From an uncultured delta proteobacterium (GTDB lineage: Bacteria > Desulfobacterota > Syntrophorhabdia > Syntrophorhabdales > WCHB1-27), in contig CAWEPK010000009.1 of NCBI GenBank assembly GCA_963810935.1, positions 256,001 through 320,000 on the forward strand: a stretch of 64,000 nucleotides of DNA, read 5' to 3'. The notes beneath the pieces are model-generated. The model searched no databases. It saw only the letters and a list, made by a program, of their open reading frames with translations, and was not told the origin of the DNA. Positions 38,041-47,308 of this stretch are shown in pieces (position 1 is the stretch's first letter; each line of letters starts with the position of its first letter). A program made the translations under genes and the position numbers.

Positions 38041-38598
38041 ATGATTTCGCTGATAAAAGAGAGGCTTGCCGCGTACAAGCCGTCCTCGATCCGGGCAGGA
38101 TCGAACACCAGGGCGTCCGTGCTCATCCCGATTCTGGGAGAGGACGGCGAAGCCCGCATCCTGCTTACGAAAAGGTCCACGAACGTCACGTACCATAAGG
38201 GGGAGATCTCCTTCCCCGGCGGCATGTACGAGGACGCAGACGGAGACACGGTCCGGACTGCGATACGCGAATGCGGGGAAGAGATAGGTGTAGGGCCGAA
38301 CGATATCGAGATAGTGGGCCGCTTAAGCGACATGGAGACAATGACCGGCTTCGTAATCACCCCGTACGTGGGCCTCATTCCTTGTCCTTACGACTTCAAG
38401 CTCAACCCCGACGAGGTACGCTACCTCATCTATCTGCCCTTTACCTTCCTGATGTCCAGCCGGCCGCAAGCGACTACGGCGGAGCACAAGGGCAGGACAA
38501 TGGAAGTCTTCGAGATCCGGTATGACGGCGAGAGGATATGGGGGGCCACATGCAGGCTGCTCCTCGAGCTCCGGCAGATACTGGATGAGAAAGTTTAA
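38041..38598 (+). CDS. Nudix CoA pyrophosphatase (NudL-like)
   Basis: ASVLIP, LLTKRS..HKGEISFPGG..TAIRECGEEIG, NPDEV, IWGAT. Confidence 0.9.
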   Translation: MISLIKERLAAYKPSSIRAGSNTRASVLIPILGEDGEARILLTKRSTNVTYHKGEISFPGGMYEDADGDTVRTAIRECGEEIGVGPNDIEIVGRLSDMETMTGFVITPYVGLIPCPYDFKLNPDEVRYLIYLPFTFLMSSRPQATTAEHKGRTMEVFEIRYDGERIWGATCRLLLELRQILDEKV

Positions 38599-39763
38599 CT
38601 TCAGGGTCCTGCTCCTCCTCTCGTCGGGGCACATGGTCTGCGATATTTACCAGGGCGCGCTCCCGGCGATCCTTCCGTTCCTGAAACAGCACCTCGGCCT
38701 TACCTATGCGATGACGGGCTTCATCCTGATCGTTGCGAGTTTTGCCTCTTCGATACTCCAGCCCGTCTTCGGCCTGCTTTCGGACAAAAAGGAAAAGGGC
38801 TTTCTCCTGCCTGCGGGGGTACTCGCCGCGGGGGTCGGCTATTCGCTGCTTTCCCTGCCCTCCGGGTTCTTGCCGATACTTGCACTCGTTACCTTAAGCG
38901 GCCTCGGCATTTCGTCGTTCCACCCCGAGGGCTATAAGATTGCGGGTTTTTTTACGGGAGACAAGCCGGTCACCGGGATGTCCATCTTTTCCGTGGGCGG
39001 GAACCTGGGCCTCGCGCTCGGCCCGGTCATTGCCATATGGACCATCTCCCGGTTCGGCTTCCGCTCGCTGCCGCTCGTGGTAGTGCCCTCGCTCGTCTTC
39101 ACCGCCGCGATCATCGCCCTCAAAAAGACGGTGACGCCTCCCGCGCCTGCCCGGACGGCCGTTCCCGCGGCAAGGCTAAAGGCAGTTAAAGGCGCGTACA
39201 CCTCCCTCGTTCTCACCGTCTGCGTCGTGATCATGCGGTCATGGATTCAGGTCGGGATCATGGCTTACATACCGTTTTATATCATCGACGTCGTAAAGGG
39301 CGACCCCATATACGCGGCGAAGCTCGTGACCGTGTTCCTCTTCGGCGGCGCAGTCGGCACGCTTGCCGGGGCGCCGATCGCGGACAAATGGGGCCACCGG
39401 TTCCTGCTGCGCGCCAGCATGTTTTTGAACACGCTTCTTTTTCCGCTCATATTCTTTTTTGAAGGCACCCTGCTCATGGTGCTGCTCTTTGCGATGGGCG
39501 CCATACTCGTGGCCTCCTTCTCCGTGACTGTAGTCATGGCCCAGAAACTCCTTCCTAACAGCATGGGCGTAGCCTCAGGCATCATGACGGGCTTCGCCAT
39601 AGGGGTCGGGGGCATCGGGGTAACGCTCCTCGGGGTGGTGGCCGACCACTTCGGCGTCACCGTCGCGCTGAAGTCGATAGCCATACTTCCGGTAACCGGC
39701 CTCTTGTTCAGTCTGTTTTTGAGGTACCCACCTAAGGGGGATGCGAGCGTATGCGACCGATAG
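38585..39763 (+). CDS. MFS transporter (Fsr-like)
   Basis: About 12 TMs, H..D, QPVFG.LSD, FHPEG, FSVGGNLG. Confidence 0.9.
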   Translation: MRKFNFRVLLLLSSGHMVCDIYQGALPAILPFLKQHLGLTYAMTGFILIVASFASSILQPVFGLLSDKKEKGFLLPAGVLAAGVGYSLLSLPSGFLPILALVTLSGLGISSFHPEGYKIAGFFTGDKPVTGMSIFSVGGNLGLALGPVIAIWTISRFGFRSLPLVVVPSLVFTAAIIALKKTVTPPAPARTAVPAARLKAVKGAYTSLVLTVCVVIMRSWIQVGIMAYIPFYIIDVVKGDPIYAAKLVTVFLFGGAVGTLAGAPIADKWGHRFLLRASMFLNTLLFPLIFFFEGTLLMVLLFAMGAILVASFSVTVVMAQKLLPNSMGVASGIMTGFAIGVGGIGVTLLGVVADHFGVTVALKSIAILPVTGLLFSLFLRYPPKGDASVCDR

Positions 39764-41055
39764 TCGGCATTATAGGAAGGCCCAACGTAGGCAAATCGAC
39801 GCTCTTCAACCGCCTGATCGGGCACAGGAAGGCGATCACCGAAGACTCGCCCGGCGTAACCAGGGACAGGAACTACGGCGAGTTCGACCACGGGAGAAAA
39901 TCGTTCATCCTGGTCGATACGGGCGGTTTTGAGCCGGGGGGGACCGGGGAGATCACGTCGCTCGTCAAGCGGCACATCATGGAGGCGGTCGAGGAATCGT
40001 CGATGATAATCTTCCTCATGGACGCAAAAGACGGACTCACGCCTGACGACAGGGAGATAGCGTCAATCGTACGCAAATATGATAAGCCGGTCTTCTACGT
40101 AGTCAACAAGGTCGATTCCCAGAAACGGGGGGCGGAAACGGCCGATTTTTACGCGCTTGGCTGCGACACGGTCTACCCGATCAGCGCGTCCCACGGTCTC
40201 GGCATCGTGGAGCTACTGGATGACATGGCCCTCATCGTCGAGCCGGAAAGCCCGCAAGAGGAAGCGCAGGGCTTGAAGATCGCCGTTGTCGGGCGGCCCA
40301 ATACGGGCAAGTCGTCCATCGTCAACAGCCTTCTCGGCTCCGAGCGCATGATAGTGAGCGACATCCCGGGGACCACGCGGGACGCCATAGACTCCATCGT
40401 TCGCTATAGAGAGAAGACCTATACGGTGATCGATACCGCGGGCCTGAGGAAGAAGGCCAGGATATCGGCCAGGGTAGAGGAATTTTCGGTAATGAGCGCG
40501 GTTCGGAGCATCGAGCGGGCGGACGTTGTGAACCTGGTGATCGACGGGGCGGAAGGCGTCGGCCGCCAGGACGCGACCATCGCCCACCTCGTCGTCTCCG
40601 AGGGCAAGGGCATAGGCATCGTCGTGAACAAGAAAGACCTGATGGACCGCAGCATCAATGAAGACCGGTACCGCAAAGTGATCATGGAGACCCTTCCCCA
40701 TGCCGATTTTGCCCCGGTCGTCTTCACATCTGCCCTTACCGGCGAAAACATCGAGGAAATACTCGACATCGATACGGCTATCCACAAGCAGTTGACACGA
40801 CAGATACCCACGCCCAAGCTGAACAGGGCTTTCGAGGAATTCTTCCAAAGGCTGAGCCCGCCGGTTGTCGAAGGCAGGCAGCTCAAGATATTTTACGTGA
40901 GCCAGCTAAAAGTGACACCCCCGACGTTCCTGCTTTTTTCGAATTACCCCGACCGGATCCCCGAGCATTATAAAAGATTTTTGGAGAACTGCCTGCGGGA
41001 GAAGTACGAGTTCAAAGGGGCGCCGATCAGGTTGTTCTTCCGAAAGCGGTCATAA
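39751..41055 (+). CDS. der: Ribosome biogenesis GTPase Der
   Basis: Two G domains (GRPNVGKS, GRPNTGKS; DTGG, DTAG) plus KH-like C-terminus. Confidence 0.98.
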   Translation: MRPIVGIIGRPNVGKSTLFNRLIGHRKAITEDSPGVTRDRNYGEFDHGRKSFILVDTGGFEPGGTGEITSLVKRHIMEAVEESSMIIFLMDAKDGLTPDDREIASIVRKYDKPVFYVVNKVDSQKRGAETADFYALGCDTVYPISASHGLGIVELLDDMALIVEPESPQEEAQGLKIAVVGRPNTGKSSIVNSLLGSERMIVSDIPGTTRDAIDSIVRYREKTYTVIDTAGLRKKARISARVEEFSVMSAVRSIERADVVNLVIDGAEGVGRQDATIAHLVVSEGKGIGIVVNKKDLMDRSINEDRYRKVIMETLPHADFAPVVFTSALTGENIEEILDIDTAIHKQLTRQIPTPKLNRAFEEFFQRLSPPVVEGRQLKIFYVSQLKVTPPTFLLFSNYPDRIPEHYKRFLENCLREKYEFKGAPIRLFFRKRS

Positions 41056-41063
41056 CTCTTTTA

Positions 41064-41190
41064 GCAGCCAGGTCATTTCCGCGCCTTTCGCGTCGTTTTC
41101 TCGGCGCGGCGTGCTCACGTACCTAACTACGTACGCTGCCGCGCGCCTTCGAAAAGCAACGCGAAATGCATCGAAAATCTCTCCGGCCGC
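41064..41190 (-). repeat. MITE/REP-like element, family B, left copy
   Basis: Imperfect terminal inverted repeats; central CGTAC-N8-GTACG; 41169-41190 is the exact reverse complement of 42424-42445. Confidence 0.7.
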
Positions 41191-41216
41191 AAAAAAGAGC
41201 ACCATGGGCCTTACAA

Positions 41217-41921
41217 TTAAAGTGCCTTTACTGGAAATGGATGTTTTTGTGAGCAATACTGCCGATTGAAGGCAACGACCTTTTCAATCGTTTCCTGGCT
41301 CTTTCCGATAGCCACGAACATAACGTCCCGCCAACAAATTGCTGCCAAATGCACTTTCGTTAACCTCTTTCTTATCCGGGTTTCTATCCGAGTAAAGCAC
41401 GTGTCGGGCGCGATACGCTGAAAGTACTGAAAACCGGAAATAACCGACTCCGGTGATACTCGTTCCAGAATGTTATTGATATCCGAATACGAGACATGTC
41501 CCTCGTGGCTATCCCTTTCCGGCTCGAAACCGATATCTGGGTCAATAAAAAACACGTGATTTTCTTTGCTTGGAAGGCCGGAAAAATATGTTTCCCTGTC
41601 TTTGTTCGTAAAATACGTCCCCGGCTTATGTATCTTCACTTTATACGAGGCGGCCGTCACCATCGGCAATGCTTGAAGCAAGAAAAGATCCAGAATGGGA
41701 CAGGCACGTTTGATGCATCGCTCCCGCTGTAAATCACGGCAGAAATCAATGACGGGGCCCCTTGCGGGAAAGAGTGCGGGCCGTGTGTTGCCATTTCCGG
41801 TACCGTCGTCTGGGGTTAACATCGGTATGATGTACAGGGGGTATTGCAAGGCTGACGCAAGAAAGTCATGATAGTCCCATTTGAAACTGTCCTTCGAGTC
41901 CCCGAAATATTGCTTTTTCAT
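41217..41921 (-). CDS. Hypothetical protein (MKxQYFGD..D..K; FIDPD.G), lower GC than flanks
   Basis: Uninterrupted 234 aa ORF, AT-rich codons. Confidence 0.75.
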   Translation of the reverse strand: MKKQYFGDSKDSFKWDYHDFLASALQYPLYIIPMLTPDDGTGNGNTRPALFPARGPVIDFCRDLQRERCIKRACPILDLFLLQALPMVTAASYKVKIHKPGTYFTNKDRETYFSGLPSKENHVFFIDPDIGFEPERDSHEGHVSYSDINNILERVSPESVISGFQYFQRIAPDTCFTRIETRIRKRLTKVHLAAICWRDVMFVAIGKSQETIEKVVAFNRQYCSQKHPFPVKAL

Positions 41922-42108
41922 TTCTCTCACCCGTATAGTGGCAAAGCAGGCTGTTGTTCAGTCGATCAAACCGCCGCCCGTTGTCATCTTCTGGATAGAA
42001 TAGCATACGAGTTTTGTTCTTCGTGCAAAATATTTGTGAGGAGAATCAAAAAGGGAAGAACACAATAAGTGAAAAAGCGATGACGTTGCCCGCGCGACAG
42101 GTATATAA

Positions 42109-42122
42109 TCTTACCAGTAAGA
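42109..42122. promoter_or_regulatory. Putative AbrB operator
   Basis: Palindrome TCTTAC-CA-GTAAGA immediately after TATAAT (42104-42109). Confidence 0.55.
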
Positions 42123-42141
42123 ATTGAGGCAGAGGTGGGAA

Positions 42142-42405
42142 ATGGCAAACGTCGCAACGACAAGGATGTCCTCGAAGGGTCAAGTAGTGATCCCGGAGGA
42201 AATCAGGAAGCGCCTCAAATTAAAGAAAGGCACCCAGTTTGTAGTGGTATGTGATAAGGACGTGGTGATATTGAAAGCGATCTCTCCGCTATCCATTGAC
42301 GAGTTCACTGCTTTGATTGCCGAGTCGCACAGGAAGGCGAAGGAGGCAGGTATAAGGCGAAAGGACATTGAGGCTGCCGTCGTCAAGGTCCGGGGTCGTA
42401 AGTAA
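42142..42405 (+). CDS. AbrB/MazE/SpoVT family DNA-binding protein (antitoxin-like)
   Basis: TTRMSSKGQVVIPEEIRKRLKLKKG. Confidence 0.9.
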   Translation: MANVATTRMSSKGQVVIPEEIRKRLKLKKGTQFVVVCDKDVVILKAISPLSIDEFTALIAESHRKAKEAGIRRKDIEAAVVKVRGRK

Positions 42406-42423
42406 GAAATAGCGGCCTGGAGA

Positions 42424-42547
42424 GCGGCCGGAGAGATTTTCGATGATAGGCACCGTGACCGAGGAGCCGCCGCCCGGAGCGTACTCTTTGTGTACGCGAG
42501 GACTCGCGGCTTCGAGGGACAGGTGATAGCGCGAAAAGATCCCGGCC
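42424..42547 (+). repeat. MITE/REP-like element, family B, right copy
   Basis: GGCCGGAGAGATTTTCG...CGAAAAGATCCCGGCC termini; central GCGTAC-N7-GTACGC. Confidence 0.7.
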
Positions 42548-42572
42548 CATATCAACCAACCCCAACTTCGGG

Positions 42573-42601
42573 TAGACATGCCGGCCCTTCTTTGTTATGA
42601 T
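42573..42601 (+). promoter_or_regulatory. sigma70 promoter of the liv operon
   Basis: TAGACA-17-TATGAT with extended TG. Confidence 0.6.
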
Positions 42602-42636
42602 AGGGGCGCCGATGTCTGACCAATAAGGAGGGCCAT

Positions 42637-43803
42637 GTGAAAAAGGCAGGCCTTTTATTCTTGATGTTCGCAGCTATAGGGATACTGGTTGCCGGCTGCG
42701 GCGAAAAGAGCCCGACCACGGTAAGGGTGGGTGTTATAGCCGAGCTGACGGGCGACATGCCCGCCGTTGGCGAATCCTGCAAGAAGGCAGCCCAGCTCGC
42801 AGTAAAACAGATCAATGACGCGGGCGGGCTGAAGATAGGCGACAAGCAATACCAGGTCGAGCTTTTTGTCGAGGACAACGCAGGCAAGGCCGACCAGTCT
42901 GCCTCCGCAGCCCAGAAGCTCATCACGCAGAAAAAGGTTGTAGCCATAGTCGGCCCGAACGCGACGCGCTACGCCATACCCGCCTCGGAGATAGCGGAAA
43001 GCTCGAAAGTCGTCCTCATCACCCCGTGGTCCACGAACCCGAAAACCACCCTCGACGCAAAGACGGGCGCGCCCAAGAAGTACGTATTCCGGGCCTGCTT
43101 CATCGACCCCTTCCAGGGGAGGGTGCTCGCGCGCTTTGCGATGGACAACCTGAAGGCGCGCAAGGCGGCCGTCCTCTACGATGTTGCTTCCGACTACAAC
43201 AAGGGCATCGCGGAGGTTTTCAAAGAGACGTTCGAGAAGAACGGGGGCAAGGTAGTCGCCTTCGAGACCTATACGACGAACGACAGGGATTTCTCGGCAC
43301 AGCTCACCAAGATAAAGAAAGCGGACCCGGATGTCGTCTTCCTGCCCAATTACTACAGCGAAGTGCCCCTGCAAATCCAGCAGGCCAAGAGGCTTGGCTT
43401 CAAAGTGCCTTTCTTCGGCAGCGATTCATGGGGCAGCCAGGAGCTGACGAAGCTCTGCGGCAAAGACTGCGAGGGTTATTATTTCAGCACGCATTACGCG
43501 CCGGATACGGCCGCCCCTGCGGCGCTGAAATTTATCGAGGCGTATAAGGCGGCTTACGGCGGCATGCCGGATGACGTAGCCGCCCTTACCTACGACTCCT
43601 TCGGCCTTCTGAAGCAGGCAATACTGGACGCGGGCAAGATCGACCGGCAGGCCGTACGCGATAGCCTGGCCAAAGTCCAGAAATACGAAGGGGTGACGGG
43701 CGACATGCAATTTAAGGAAGGCTCGTCCGATCCGGTGAAAAGCGCCGTGATACTTAAGATAGTGGACGGGAAGTTTGTCTATTTTGCGAACGCTGGACCT
43801 TAG
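42637..43803 (+). CDS. livK: Branched-chain amino acid ABC transporter substrate-binding lipoprotein
   Basis: Lipobox VAGC; INDAGG; FRACFIDPFQG; DFSAQLTKIK. Confidence 0.9.
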   Translation: MKKAGLLFLMFAAIGILVAGCGEKSPTTVRVGVIAELTGDMPAVGESCKKAAQLAVKQINDAGGLKIGDKQYQVELFVEDNAGKADQSASAAQKLITQKKVVAIVGPNATRYAIPASEIAESSKVVLITPWSTNPKTTLDAKTGAPKKYVFRACFIDPFQGRVLARFAMDNLKARKAAVLYDVASDYNKGIAEVFKETFEKNGGKVVAFETYTTNDRDFSAQLTKIKKADPDVVFLPNYYSEVPLQIQQAKRLGFKVPFFGSDSWGSQELTKLCGKDCEGYYFSTHYAPDTAAPAALKFIEAYKAAYGGMPDDVAALTYDSFGLLKQAILDAGKIDRQAVRDSLAKVQKYEGVTGDMQFKEGSSDPVKSAVILKIVDGKFVYFANAGP

Positions 43804-43887
43804 TAAACCGGCCGGGTGGACACGCCCGGCCGCGCAAAAGTTTGCGGCAGGGAGCCGACCGCTTCTCGCAGCGCAGGTTATTTTCGC

Positions 43888-44763
43888 ATGAGCTACCTCC
43901 TGCAACAGATACTGAACGCCCTCCAGCTCGGGAGCATCTATGCACTTATTGCCCTGGGCTACACGATGGTCTATGGCATCCTCACAATGATCAACTTCGC
44001 CCACGGCGATCTGTTCATGGTGGGCGCTTTCATCTGCTTCCTCTCGGTGCTCCTTTTCAATCTGCCTTTCATCGCCGTCCTTGTCGTCTCCATGCTCGGG
44101 ACAGCGGTCCTCGGAGTCACGATAGAACGGCTCGCATACAAGCCGCTGCGCCAGGCCCCGAGGGTTTCGGCGATCATCACTGCGCTCGGCGTCGGCCTCT
44201 TCCTGGAAAATTTCACCCTTGCCCTCAGCCCGTATCCCAAGCACATCCCGGCGTTCATCCCCAACATCGCCTGGACTTTCGGGGACGTGTCGATCTCGCT
44301 TTTGCAGGTCGTCGTTATCGCCATTTCCCTCGTGCTCATGATCATCCTCGATTTGATCGTAAGGCGGACGATGGTCGGCATGGCGATGAGGGCCATCTCG
44401 TGGGACAAGACAGTCGCCCCTCTGATGGGCGTACCCGTCGATTCGGTCATTTCGATAACCTTCGCCATAGGGACAAGCCTGGGGGGCGTTGCGGGAGTCC
44501 TGTACGCCCTATGCTACCCGGTAATCGACCCTTACATGGGCATAATGGTGGGCTGGAAGGCGTTCATCTCTGCAGTCGTCGGCGGCATCGGCAATATCCG
44601 CGGCGCTATGATAGGCGGCTACATCCTGGGTGCGGTGGAGATCCTCGTAGTGGCTTTTCTGCCCTCTACCTACAGGGACCTCGTGGCGTTCGGGCTGCTT
44701 CTCGGGCTCCTGATCCTGCGGCCCCACGGCATCCTCGGCAAGGCAACGGTGCAGAAGGTATAG
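43888..44763 (+). CDS. livH: BCAA ABC transporter permease
   Basis: GSIYALIALGYTMVYG..INFAHG; VVGGIGNIRGA. Confidence 0.95.
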   Translation: MSYLLQQILNALQLGSIYALIALGYTMVYGILTMINFAHGDLFMVGAFICFLSVLLFNLPFIAVLVVSMLGTAVLGVTIERLAYKPLRQAPRVSAIITALGVGLFLENFTLALSPYPKHIPAFIPNIAWTFGDVSISLLQVVVIAISLVLMIILDLIVRRTMVGMAMRAISWDKTVAPLMGVPVDSVISITFAIGTSLGGVAGVLYALCYPVIDPYMGIMVGWKAFISAVVGGIGNIRGAMIGGYILGAVEILVVAFLPSTYRDLVAFGLLLGLLILRPHGILGKATVQKV

Positions 44764-44764
44764 C

Positions 44765-45802
44765 ATGGCGCGCCCGTTCAAAGACAGCCGGCTTATGTCC
44801 TTTCTCCACTCCCTTTTGGCTAAGCGATGGCTGAGGCAGGCGCTGCTTGCGGCCGGTTTCGCGCTCTCGTTTATCATTCCGGCTACGGACCTCCTCGACC
44901 AATACGTCCAGCTCGTCCTGATGTACATCGGCATCAACATCATCTTAAGCGTGAGCCTGAACCTCGTGAACGGGTACATGGGCGAATTTTCCGTGGGCCA
45001 CGCAGGCTTCATGGCGATAGGGGCCTATATCGCCTCGGTCGTATCCGTGCGCGTCTTCCCCGCCGCTGCGGCAGCCTGGCTCTTTCCGGCAGCGGTGATT
45101 GCAGGGGGGCTTGCCGCGGGCCTGGCAGGGCTTCTGGTCGCCTTCCCTTCTTTCAAGACCAGGGGCGACTACCTTGCCATCGTCACCCTTGCCTTCGGCA
45201 TGATCGTCAAGTCCGCCATCGAGAACATAAGCGCCCTCGGCGGCCCGCGCGGCTTCCTCGGCATGGACAGGCTTACGACTCTGCCCTGGGTCTTTTTCTG
45301 GACGGTCCTTTCCCTCTGGTTCATCCGCAATCTCGTTTATTCGCGCTTCGGGAGAGGCATCCTCTCGATCAGGGAGGACGAGATCGCCGCCGAGCTATCG
45401 GGCATAGACACGCGCCGCGTGAAGATGCTCGCCTTTGTGGTCTCGTCGTTCTTTGCCGGCATAGCGGGGGCCCTCTTCGCCCATCTCCTCCAGTTCATCA
45501 ACCCAAGGGTCTTCGATATCGTCAAATCGACCGATATCCTGATCATGGTCTACCTGGGCGGCATAGGCTCCCTCGGCGGCTCAATCGTCGGCGCAGTCAT
45601 CTACACGGTGCTCCTCGAGTTCCTGCGCCCCTTAGGCGTCTGGCGGATGGTCTTGATGCCCCTCGTGCTCGTGCTGCTCATGCTTTACAAGCCGAAGGGC
45701 ATCATGGGCCTGCGTGAGTTCTCCTGGCTCGTGCCGGGGGCCGGGCTTATCGCTTCCCGGTCCGGCCGTAAGAAAAAGGGGGCGGTCGATGTCGCTCCTT
45801 GA
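44765..45802 (+). CDS. livM: BCAA ABC transporter permease
   Basis: SLNLVNG..GHAGFMAIGAY; GDYLAIVTLAFG; SIREDEIAA. Confidence 0.95.
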   Translation: MARPFKDSRLMSFLHSLLAKRWLRQALLAAGFALSFIIPATDLLDQYVQLVLMYIGINIILSVSLNLVNGYMGEFSVGHAGFMAIGAYIASVVSVRVFPAAAAAWLFPAAVIAGGLAAGLAGLLVAFPSFKTRGDYLAIVTLAFGMIVKSAIENISALGGPRGFLGMDRLTTLPWVFFWTVLSLWFIRNLVYSRFGRGILSIREDEIAAELSGIDTRRVKMLAFVVSSFFAGIAGALFAHLLQFINPRVFDIVKSTDILIMVYLGGIGSLGGSIVGAVIYTVLLEFLRPLGVWRMVLMPLVLVLLMLYKPKGIMGLREFSWLVPGAGLIASRSGRKKKGAVDVAP

Positions 45803-46556
45803 GATAAAGGACCTCACCCAGCGCTTCGGCGGCCTTACCGCGCTGTCGGATTTCAGCCTGAACCTGGAGAGGGATGAGCTGGCCGGGATCATCGGGCCGA
45901 ACGGCGCGGGCAAAACAACGGTCTTCAACCTTATCACGGGCGTTTACCGCCCGACGCGGGGAAGCATCGCGATCGACGGAAAAAGGATCGACGGGCAGAG
46001 GCCGAACCGGATCACATCCATGGGCATTGCAAGGACCTTTCAGAATATCAGGCTTTTCAAGGAACTTTCCGTTCTGGACAACGTGAGGTGCGCCCAATAC
46101 GGGCACGCAGCCTGCGGGGTCCTCTCGTCCCTTTTCAGGCTCCAACGCTTCAGGAAGGAAGAGGCGGCAATAATCGACGCCTCTATGGAGCTTTTGGGCC
46201 TCTTCCAGCTCGACGAGTACGCGCAGGAGGCGGCCAGGAACCTGCCCTACGGCCTTCAGCGGCGGCTGGAGATAGCGAGGGCGCTGGCCACGCGCCCGAG
46301 ACTGCTGCTCCTCGACGAGCCCGCGGCCGGGATGAACCCGACGGAGATAACGCGGCTCATGGAGCTGATAGGCTGGGTCAGAAAGGCATTCGACGTCACG
46401 ATCCTGCTCATCGAGCACCAGATGCAGCTCGTCATGAATATCTGCGAACGCCTTACGGTGCTCGACTTCGGCGCCACCATCGCGGAAGGCTCACCCACCG
46501 AGGTGCGCGCTGACAAGCGCGTGCTGACTGCCTATCTGGGGGAGGAAGAGGCGTGA
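45789..46556 (+). CDS. livG: BCAA ABC transporter ATPase
   Basis: GPNGAGKT, RTFQNIRLF, LPYG, LLDEPAAG. Confidence 0.95.
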   Translation: MSLLEIKDLTQRFGGLTALSDFSLNLERDELAGIIGPNGAGKTTVFNLITGVYRPTRGSIAIDGKRIDGQRPNRITSMGIARTFQNIRLFKELSVLDNVRCAQYGHAACGVLSSLFRLQRFRKEEAAIIDASMELLGLFQLDEYAQEAARNLPYGLQRRLEIARALATRPRLLLLDEPAAGMNPTEITRLMELIGWVRKAFDVTILLIEHQMQLVMNICERLTVLDFGATIAEGSPTEVRADKRVLTAYLGEEEA

Positions 46557-47266
46557 GCGATAAGGTCCTGCTCGCAGTCAGAGACCTGGAGGTGACGTAC
46601 GGAAGCATCAAGGCGGTAAAGGGCGTCTCGTTCGATGTAAGGGAAGGCGAGATCGTCGCGCTGGTCGGCTCGAACGGCGCGGGCAAATCATCGACCCTGC
46701 GCGCAATCTCCGGCATGGTGCCTTACAAGGGCAGCGTCCTGTACGATGGCAAGGAGCTGCGCGGCGCAGCCTGCCACCGCATCGCTTCCATGGGCATCGC
46801 CCACGTGCCGGAAGGGCGTGGCATCTTCGGAAACCTCACGGTGCAGGAGAACCTTAAGCTCGCCACGTGGCACCGGAAGGAAAGGCGTGAGATAGAGAAG
46901 GACTATAAGCGCGTGTTCGACCTCTTCCCCGTGCTTCAAAAGCGAAAGAAGCAGTCCGGCCAGACGCTGTCGGGCGGCGAGCAACAGATGCTGGCGCTTG
47001 GCAGGGCGCTCATGGGGCGCGGGCGCCTGATGCTCCTCGACGAGCCTTCGATGGGCCTTGCCCCCGTTCTCGTCAGGGACATATTTTCCGTGCTTAAGGA
47101 GATCAACCGGGCGGGCGGGACGATCCTGCTCGTCGAGCAAAATGCGCACATGTCGCTCAAGGCCGCGTCCTTCGGCCACGTGCTGGAGACCGGCAGCGTC
47201 ACCCTTTCGGGCCCGGGGGAGGCGCTGCTTGCAGACCCGCAGATCCGCGCGGCCTACCTGGGATAG
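46553..47266 (+). CDS. livF: BCAA ABC transporter ATPase
   Basis: GSNGAGKS, VPEGRGIF, LSGGEQQM, LDEPSMGLAP. Confidence 0.95.
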   Translation: MSDKVLLAVRDLEVTYGSIKAVKGVSFDVREGEIVALVGSNGAGKSSTLRAISGMVPYKGSVLYDGKELRGAACHRIASMGIAHVPEGRGIFGNLTVQENLKLATWHRKERREIEKDYKRVFDLFPVLQKRKKQSGQTLSGGEQQMLALGRALMGRGRLMLLDEPSMGLAPVLVRDIFSVLKEINRAGGTILLVEQNAHMSLKAASFGHVLETGSVTLSGPGEALLADPQIRAAYLG

Positions 47267-47308
47267 GGGTCCGTACACTATGCAAAATTACCGAAAAGCG
47301 GAAGGTTC

